A DNA stretch of 64,000 nucleotides from assembly GCA_030704615.1 (NCBI GenBank), contig CM060733.1, positions 34,100,001-34,164,000 of the forward strand, in the 5' to 3' direction. The position numbers and the translations under genes are program-made. Position 1 is the stretch's first letter; every line of letters begins with the position of its first letter. The notes beneath the pieces were generated by a model, which made no database searches, was not told the DNA's origin, and worked only from the letters and a program-made list of their open reading frames with translations. Positions 23,349 to 31,984 of this stretch are shown piece after piece. The DNA comes from Takakia lepidozioides (taxonomy: Eukaryota; Plantae; Bryophyta).

Positions 23349-26242
23349 CTGTACACAACTCGCATCATGGCCCACTCTCCTCCAACCTGACTGTCAAAGT
23401 TGTTGGACCGTAAAATGTTACCATCTTTGGAGAACTCCCGGAAAAAACAGTATCTCCAGGTGAGACCTCTCCACTTCCTTATGTATGCCTCCAATGACAT
23501 TTGGGGAGGGAAACAATCGAAATGTTCAGGTCCTTCAAAGTCTGATCCAGCACAATGACGGCGCGCTTTTCGAGCTGCAAATTGTATATTTGTCAGAATT
23601 GCAAATAAGATACTCATCACATACTTGAAGAGAAGAAAACGACATGTTTGAATACACACCTGACTCCAAAATGTAGCCTTGTGGAGCCAGTTATCAAACA
23701 CCAAATCACTGATTCCTTCCATCTTTGTGCCAGGCTGTATGGTGCTCTTTGGGAACTGATTCAAGTCCTTTACTGTTTGATCTGAGTTCCATATCTCCAG
23801 CACCTTATTTTTGTTTGTGGGTCGACCATCGATATGGCCAGCCGGTGCAATTTCTCCTGCTGCATCTCCGGATGCACATGCTTGTCATAGTGTGTTTTGA
23901 TCTGCTGAAGGAACTCAGAACCAAGTCCAGGATCTACTATTCTAAGCTGCTTTCCGAAGGCGGACATCAATTTGGTTCTTCGCATTTCAAACTCCTTCTT
24001 TATTGCAGCTTCCACACCCTTTGATGTCCTTAGTTCCTCTGGTGTAGTGCGGTAATATTCGGATTTTCCCTTCTCAGCTGCCTGTGCCAGTTCTTGCTGC
24101 ATTGATTCAAGTAGTGATTAACACCGAAGGGACTACAAACATGTATTCGAAAAGTAAACTGAGTACAGACTCGGGCTTACCGCATACATGTACTCCAGAA
24201 ACGCCTCTCGTGTCAAAGAATACCAAGTGCCTGCAGCTCTTCTTGTTTCGCACTTCTTGATTATATTGGGTGGGAGTACTGTCCGAAAATCATCTAGCTT
24301 CATCAGACCAATCCTCTGAATTCGGAATAGTGTGTGGACCAAGCTTGTTGTCACATGCGATTTCTCTGTCGATCTGCAAAAACATTGGAAACATTGCATT
24401 CCTTAATACTGTTTTTTGGGGATTAATAAGACACTACAGAGGGAATGAAATCTCCTGGATGACTTACTTGTTCACGTCGTGCATAGCTGTAAGAAGCCTA
24501 GCGATGTCGTTTCCAGGATCCAAAACCATTGCCTCCACAGCAACATGCTTGTCTTTGTCTTTCGCATGGTGTTTCTGAATGTATCCCATCCATGCCAGCA
24601 ATCGGTGGTTGCCGTCCCAGATGTAGAACATGTGGTTGCAGAATTGCTAGGTGTTCTTTCCCATCATGAGGCCCAGCTCGAACTCCTCATTGGCATCTTT
24701 CCAGCACTCATCCCAGTTATCACTGATCTCTGGAGACACTAATGTGCTTTTCCCATTTATATCCGTCAGTGACACATAAAAAACTTATGCACCAAGTCTA
24801 TATCCATGCACAAAATCACTCTCCAATTTTGTTATGTCATGGGAAAGAGGTGGACGCACAACAGACATAGATATCATCCGGCACAGAAGGATGTCCAGAC
24901 GCCCCCCAGATACGAGCATGTCCCTTATAACCTCCTGAGAGTTTATCTTCTGGAATGACATGAGTTCTTTCACCTTGTCAAGGTAGTGCACTTCAGATTC
25001 ATCTGCTTCATCTGTATTCTCTGAGCTTTTTCCGGACTCGTCCCCATCTCCAGATCCTTTCCCCTCTGATCCTATAGGCTTCGACCTCACAGTTTTCTGC
25101 ACGATGCCATTCAATTCTGACTGAGTAATTTGCAAATAGTGAACGGCGGTAACGACCATCACTCTGTCTCAAAGAAACTCACTATGAATGGTGTGAAACA
25201 ATTCAGCACAATCTACACAAGCAAAGCTGATCCTGCCGTATTCAAAACAAAAGCGAGAGCGATAGCAAACGACGTTAACGACAATCACAAAAGATAAGGA
25301 CCTACCGGATCGATGTTGTGTAATGACATCTATGTCTAAGTGATTGGCGGCAACGACATTCAGTATAGTTTAGGGCGGACAGTAAGTGCAGATTATTCAG
25401 ATTGACTCCATTGTGATTACCGTCGCTAGCATGGGAAGAGGAAGGACTGCTTGAAAGGTAATCAGACATACTGTATGATCTGAACAACGATGATTGACGG
25501 TATGCCGACCCTCACTCTCTCTTCAAACACATAGGTACATAAATCTCATGAGGAGAATCGAATGGCGTTAACGACGCTCGCAATTCAGTAGACTTCAATC
25601 ACATGTTCCTGCTAAAGAAGGGAAGAGGAAGGACTCCTTGAAAGGCAATCAGACAGACTGTATGATCTGAACAACAGTGAATGACGGTACCGATAGTCAC
25701 CCACTCATTGTGCGGTAAACCCTTAGCAGAGGAGTAGAAAGCAAATCACTGTTGTGATGGTCGGTAACGACAATCCCTGTCTGGGACATTCCACTCAATC
25801 TCTACGCAGATCTTCAACAATGAAATGTAAGTTAGAGAAAACTTACTGGCGCCTTCTTAGGTTTTGAAATTGGATCCCCTTCTGCAGCTTTCCTCTTCCC
25901 TCTCACATCTGCTGGAATTTCTGTCTGCTCTAGGGTTTCTGGACCTTCTCCCGGTTCGGCGTTCCGCGTGCTTCCACCTCCTTCAGTGTCCCTGCGAATC
26001 ATCTCTGCATCCACAGGCTGGCGCACTCTTATCGCCGACTGTGTCACAGCCGCTGCCTCAGTCTCCGTCTGCTCTTGTGAATCAGTCTCCGCGTTCACCT
26101 GCTGCCTTGGCCCTGTGTTCTCCAACAAACGACGCCTCGTCATTTGCTCTCTTGCTCTGCGTCTCTCTCTAAGGGAAGTAAAATAAAGAGACTTTCTTCT
26201 CTTTCGTATTGTAGAAGGAACCCTCTCCAGCTTGACTACCAC
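23349..26242 (-). pseudogene. ParB/sulfiredoxin-like domain protein (5 exons, no terminal exon), probably the 5' half of a ParB-MTase fusion
   Basis: Inferred exons ~26143-25847, 25120-24468, 24373-24181, ~24130-23660 and 23574-23349 with GT-AG sites. Exon 2 reads VVRPPLSHDITKLESDF..GY...MFYIWDGNHRLLAW (DGNHR at 24616-24602) through two stops (24787, 24649). Confidence 0.7.
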
Positions 26243-26429
26243 TCTCTCTCTAAGCGCGAAAAGTAGAAAAACGCAGTGACTCCCGATTTCTTGCGGGATT
26301 GCCTGCGTTGTTGCTTGTCTCTAGAAGCATCGGATTCCCTCTCGCGTGACCGTTACACATAGTCGTTCGTTATGAATGTGCATTGAGTTTTCCGGGAGGG
26401 TTCCTTACTCGAGTTTATGATTTACATCC

Positions 26430-26660
26430 TTTGATTTTGCTTCATTTGAGGAATAATTAGGCTTGATTAGGAGTGTATTCACAAATACAAAGTGAATGTC
26501 GTTGACGACATTCACTTCTATGTCTGTGTCATTCCAAAACGATAGTTTGCATTCACCTGGATTAGGGTGTATTTACAGTATCATTGAATGGAATGTTTTG
26601 AATGGCGTTGACGACATTCACATCTGGAGCAGTCGTGTGGTCCTGAAAGGTCCTCGGAGC
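26430..26660 (-). repeat. Third, inverted copy of the palindrome module
   Basis: Reverse complement matches 23100-23290. AAGTGAATGTCGT-TG-ACGACATTCACTT (perfect 13-bp arms) at 26490-26517; second palindrome at 26599-26620. Confidence 0.88.
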
Positions 26661-26759
26661 AGTCAGAGCCATTTCAATCTATGTTTTTTTCATTCTGTTC
26701 TACTTGCATCTTACTCACTGAGCGCTTTTGTGGGTTGGGATTTATCTCCTTTTTTTCAG

Positions 26760-28641
26760 GTACACGAAATATGTGCTTATGGAAGGAAATCACCTGAGCG
26801 GAATTCCAGACTATCTTGACATGTGGTCGGACCCTGCAAACGATCCAACCATGTATACTGCAGGGATATTGAAGGACTGGAGTCCTTCTCACTTCAGAGA
26901 TTGTGGGTGGTACCTTGACTGCCCACCGGAGCACACGACCTTTCAAGAACAGCATATGAAATACTTGAACAATAACGCTGAGATGCTGGCGCCTTTGACT
27001 GACGAAGAGTACCAACGAAACATAGCAACATTGGCTGCCAAGGAGCCTGATGCTCAGGGAAAGCTGCAGAAGGGAAAGAAGGCGGGCCGCAAACCAAAAG
27101 ACAAGGCTGTTGATGTCATAGCCATCTCACCAGCAAAGCCAAAGGACAAAGACAAGTCCAAAGGGAAGGAAAAGGACAAGGGAAGGAGAAAGAAAAGGAG
27201 ATGGAGAGTGGGCAGGACTTTACTGCTGGAAGATATACCCGCACTGTTCAGTGCGTGTTCGATGCCAAGCCACACCCTTCCCGTTCTGATTCGGCAGGAG
27301 AGATGAAAATTGTTAATGAGGGTTGGCTGTCGATGATGCAGAGTCAAAAGAGAGGATACACTGGGGTGCCTTCGCCTACCTGGGACAATATAATCTCATT
27401 CCTCAATCTGGTGAGAATTCCAGTTTCTTTCCTTTTTCTCTGAAAGTTTCGTTGGCAGTATTTCAGTCTCGTTCTTTGAAAACATTCTTGCCATCGTTCT
27501 TATAAAAAACATGTCTGTTGCAGGTGAGCACAGGTCCCACCTTCGTGTGCGGTGTGCAGAAAACTTATGCGGCCGACATTGTCATTCTCGACATCCCGGA
27601 TGGCCAGGCTGTGCCAGAAGTTCTTCCAAAGGGCAAGACGCCAGGCTGGAACTAATTCGAGGACAACTACTGGAGTTGGGTGTTCGGGTTCTGTAATAAC
27701 TTCCTCTCTGATGCAGGGACACTTCTATTTTTTCAGTCATGTGACAATGATAGTCGTCGGGCATTGGCATCATACCTCAAGTCTTCAGGGTTTGAAGTTT
27801 TGCGCACATGGAATTGTGTGAACAGCCTCTACCTTGTGAAAGGGGGTTTCCCTGGTCAGCTGGTATGCCGTCTCCCTTCTGCTTGTGCTTTCATGATGAG
27901 TTTCAATGTTCTCTGCAGCTCCACTCTAGTAGAATCTGTTATGATCGACACCGATCATCACCGATTCGTGATAAAAATGATTTTTTTGTGTCTGAGTTCT
28001 GAATAGCCGATGTACACACTTCCACTATAGATTGTGTTTACCACACTAACTTGCTATCTTTGGCAGACGAGGATGTTCGAGGCGATCTACCTGCGGAGGA
28101 TTCGCACTTCAAAGATACCATCCTCCATCCGCAGCTTTGAGATTTCTGACCAAGGTTGTTTCGTCAACCCCCCTTATGAGCCCCATATCGATGACATTTT
28201 GTACAACTTCATGCAGTCCAGTCAGACTCTGAAGAGACCAGATGGCACTCCCTGGAGAGGTGCAAAGGAAAAGTCCCCAGTGTTCATGCAAATACTGCTG
28301 GAGTCATGCAGCCACCGCTCTGCACGGGTGGTCGATCTTTCTGTGTCCACAGGTTCGTTCTTTCCCTTCCGAATTGGTTTTCTTTCAACAGTTTCATCTG
28401 CTTAAATCCCCCCCACCAAACTGTTCATGTCCTCCTGTCTGGTGCAGGAGCAACTTACCATGCATGCAAGGCAGGCAGAAGAAGCCTTTTTGGCATGGAG
28501 GATAATTTTGACCTCTACAACACAGTGCTCCTCCCCCTTTTGTCTGGCTCCACTTCAGGCACACAGACTGATCGGATTCAAATTCGAAATGATGACGATC
28601 CCGAAGATAAGCAGGTCAACAACGACTTTTCATGTGAGTAA
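26760..28641 (+). pseudogene. Beta-class N6-adenine/N4-cytosine DNA methyltransferase-like protein (4 exons)
   Basis: Phase-consistent exons 26760-27410, 27524-27862, 28067-28352 and 28448-28641. They give ADIVILDIPDG (motif IV position), WN...FLSDAGTLLFF, GFEVLRTW, then KEKSPVFMQILLESCSHRSARVVDLSVSTGATYHACKAGRRSLFGMEDNFDLY, which aligns by eye to the QKP..L..LI...S..GD.VLDPF.GSGTT..AA...GR..IG.E....Y C-terminus. One frameshift (~27185) and one stop (27653). Confidence 0.75.
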
Positions 28642-29089
28642 GTGCTAAACCCTCTTTGGGAGCCATACTCAATTTCTCAATAACATCAAAGTTACAGTAA
28701 TAACTTTTTCAGGCTGTCTTTCAGGAAAGGCAGCGGTGGATCTTCAGGAGATACAGTCATTTCTGGCGAGTCTGTTTTCGACAGCCCCCTTTCCAATTTT
28801 CTGCTTCATGTTTATGCCGAAGCAATGGCACTTCACGCGGCCGAGTCCCTATCCCCTGACTTTTTAGTGCCCAGCCGTAGGTGTATCCAGCGTGGATCCG
28901 GTGTTCTAAAATACTTAGACTTAGATGCAGAGGAAGCGGGGATACATTGTACTGACTCTGAGTCAAACTGAACTATATTTTTTTAATATTCATTTTCATA
29001 CTATCTGGAAAACGTTGAATCCCCTTCCTCCACCGTAGTTGTTCCTTTAGAACAAATAATAATCACAGAATCAACTTTCATTTAAATTG

Positions 29090-29460
29090 CAATATGTATG
29101 AATCCATCTCACAAACCTCCCTGACTCTTCTCATATTCATTGTGCATTCATCTACAGTGTATTCATGCGTGCTCCATTCATGAATTTTTTCCTTTGTTCA
29201 ACATCCATTGTACATTCATCCTCTGTACTCTTTAATCCACCCCACAAACCTTCCACACTCATTTCATATACGTTGTGCATTCGTCAAAAGTTTTGGTCAT
29301 GCATCTTCCTGTCATGAATTTTTGTCATTGCTCAACATCCATTATACATTCATCCATTTTACTCTTATCCATCCCTCATTCATCCATCTACATTCATTTT
29401 TCACACTCATCCATTTGTTTATCATCCAACTGTACATTCATCCATCCTTTATTCAATGCC
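29090..29460 (+). repeat. CATT/ATCC-rich low-complexity tract near the right end of the MULE
   Basis: Repeated cattcatcc/atccat units. Confidence 0.6.
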
Positions 29461-29715
29461 TTTTATTATGTCGTCCAGCTTGTTTCCGCGGTAAAAGGTG
29501 CCATCCGCGGGAATACACTCCACTTCTTTCTGGGCGCGTGGTGACGCGGCCTTCACGTGTGATGACATGGAGTGAGCCCCGTGACGTGGTATTGGCGCAA
29601 GGTGACGTGGCGTGAGCGCAGTTGCGCTCACGCGCTCACGTGACCAGGCTCACGCTGAGGCATCCCTGAAATTACTTATATCTGAATTCTAACTCGTTAT
29701 TTTGTTTCGATGAGG

Positions 29716-31482
29716 ACAAGGACGAAACTTCAATTGCAACTTCTGGGCTTCCCGACCCTGCAGTGTTGGCGCAATGTTCTGCACCGAGGAAGCGGAATAG
29801 GGCCCCCAAACCATTTCCATCTCTTCTACAAATCGGTTCCACCGGAGAGAAGTCCTTCGTCAGAGACAAAACAGACTTGAGGAAGAAAAGGAATACCTCG
29901 GACATACCGGGTCTCGTCAAAACACGTCCATTGGGATGCCAAGCCCGCCAGCGAGACTTTCCAATAAGGCGACATCGGTATTATTCGATATCATTTCTCT
30001 ATTTTTTTCTTTTTTCTGTTCGTTTGGTTATGCACTAATTAACTCCATCTTTTCTCAACAGGCGGGGATACAACACGATACCTTCATCAATTTTCCTCCG
30101 TATAAGGTACTTTCTTGAACCTCCACTTGGCAGTCGACGTTTCTCTTCTTAGCAATATTCACCCTCATCTTGAAACATTCCAAGCCCACAACATTGTGCA
30201 GTATTTTGCCATTTTCTGCACAATCGTGTTGATCTTCCATACACTCAATCATTCTGGGTCGTGGGTATTTTTCATGGCAGAAACACTAATATCAGAGTGC
30301 GATTAACTTGCTCAGGATAACTTTGTCTCTCATCCTTTACATGCAACAGCGGGGAAGATGAAATGGATGTTGTTAATTTTGAGTGTCAATGGACTCCTCT
30401 ACTACCGGCTACCCCCAACCGGCGGTGAACTGTTTAAGGAGAAATTTCGTTTCAGGAATGTGACACTTCAAGTTCCTGACAGACCGTTTGTGGTGCCTCG
30501 GCCTGGAGTCTTGGAGTTTCTGGACCTTGCATTGAAGCATTTTCACGTGGCCATTTGGTCATGTGCTGATAGAGGTGTTCTTTGTAGGATGTTGGAGAGC
30601 TTCGACCCCACAAAAATAGCGAAGAAGTTTTGCTTCATATGGTCTGTTGAGGATTGTAAGGATACCACCAGTTATATCAGGCCCGAGATGAAATATCTCG
30701 TGAAGGATATTCGAAGTGTTATTGTCAGGTACCCTGGTAGACCGTTTGCTACGCAGGGGCAAATACTTCTTGTAGATGATGAGCCATCAAAAGGCCTGCG
30801 AAACCCACAAAATACTGGATTTTCTCTTTCTCATTCAAGCCTTCACCAAACGGATTGCATGACCGGGATGATATGACAAAAGCAGTGTGGCCATATATAT
30901 CGAAGATGGCTGGAGCTTCAACAGTCGTTGATTACATTAGCGAGAACCGGACAAAGTGTTCTCATAAGCCTATTGGTCGAGACCATGCCTGCTGGGCCTG
31001 GTATGGAAGATATCTTGATCCTCGTATTTGGATCCCACAACAAAAGGAACCTGATTACCTTGGTAGGCACGTGGATCCCACTCTTCTCTTTTTTGTTCAT
31101 AATTTGATTTTCCAATTCTTTTGCAGCTGTATTTGCACTCTTACCTCAACATATCCATATGCAAAACTTCCACTTTGGGCCTAACATTTGTCATTTCCAT
31201 CGCTTGTCCCTAGTTACATTCAAGGAACGAATTCTAAAAGAGGAACAAGAGCTGCGTGATTGGGAAGAATGGCGGGCGTGCCGGGAGGCTTCAAGGGCAT
31301 CAAGTAGAGTTAGCAGTAACATTTCAGATGACAATGTCAGCCGGTTTCACCTTCTTGAAAGTATCTCCGTGTCCTCTGGAGCGGAGACCGTTGCAAGTGG
31401 CTGTGGTAACCGGAGGCGTCTTCGGACACATGCCTTGACTGCGAGCCGTTTGGGAGGATGCTCAGTATTATTAATGAGTTAG
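29716..31482 (+). pseudogene. 3' part of the NIF-domain gene, including FCP1/NIF-like domain 3
   Basis: Acceptor after the right TSD (ttttgtttcgatgAG|GAC). ORF 30358..30876: LLILSVNGLL...PRPGVLEFLDLALKHFHVAIWS...WSVEDC...LVKDI...ILLVDDEPSK..NP. Frameshift at ~30830. Confidence 0.75.
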
Positions 31483-31984
31483 TATAAGCCGTAACGGTTC
31501 TATGGCTTCAGAATGTATGGCATTAAGTCCATGAACGGATGGACAGTTGACGTTCATTTTTCTGTTGGTCCATTGCCTTGAATGATATAATCTCAAATAA
31601 AATATGAATGTTTCATATCATTAATTAGGTCCCGACAGACTTGTTTTTCCATGTTGTCATCTTCATCACATGCCATCATTGTTTTATATTTGGTTCTCCC
31701 GTTATTCCATGTTTGTTTGTATGTCATTTTGGATATCGGAGCTCTCATCATTGTTTGATTCATTGCATCCTCCCATTCCTTTTAATGAACGTCAACTTGG
31801 CAGTGGATGTTCATCTAAGACCACAATACATACTTGTATTTTTGCGTAGAATGTGTGGAGGATTACATAATTTGTTGTTATATAGTGCACAAATAGTCAA
31901 ATAATTATAGATATATCTCTTTATTTCTATTATAGATTATAATTATTCATATATCTTGTATTATTTCTGGACCAAACAAAAGTC

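Larger units (their letters stand above)
18271..29668. mobile_element. Mutator-like (MULE) DNA transposon, 11.4 kb, with ParB-like and DNA methyltransferase-like cargo
   Basis: Exact 10-bp TSD AAATTACTTA at 18261-18270 and 29669-29678. Imperfect ~45-bp GC-rich TIRs (CA..GA.GC....GCGTGAGC...CGTGAGCGCG.GAGCGC). Internal DDE/SWIM transposase. Confidence 0.88.

Noticed and set aside
23349-28641. Bacterial or phage contamination as the source of ParB and MTase
   Set aside because: Both halves have phase-consistent GT-AG introns and lie inside a TSD-bounded plant transposon.
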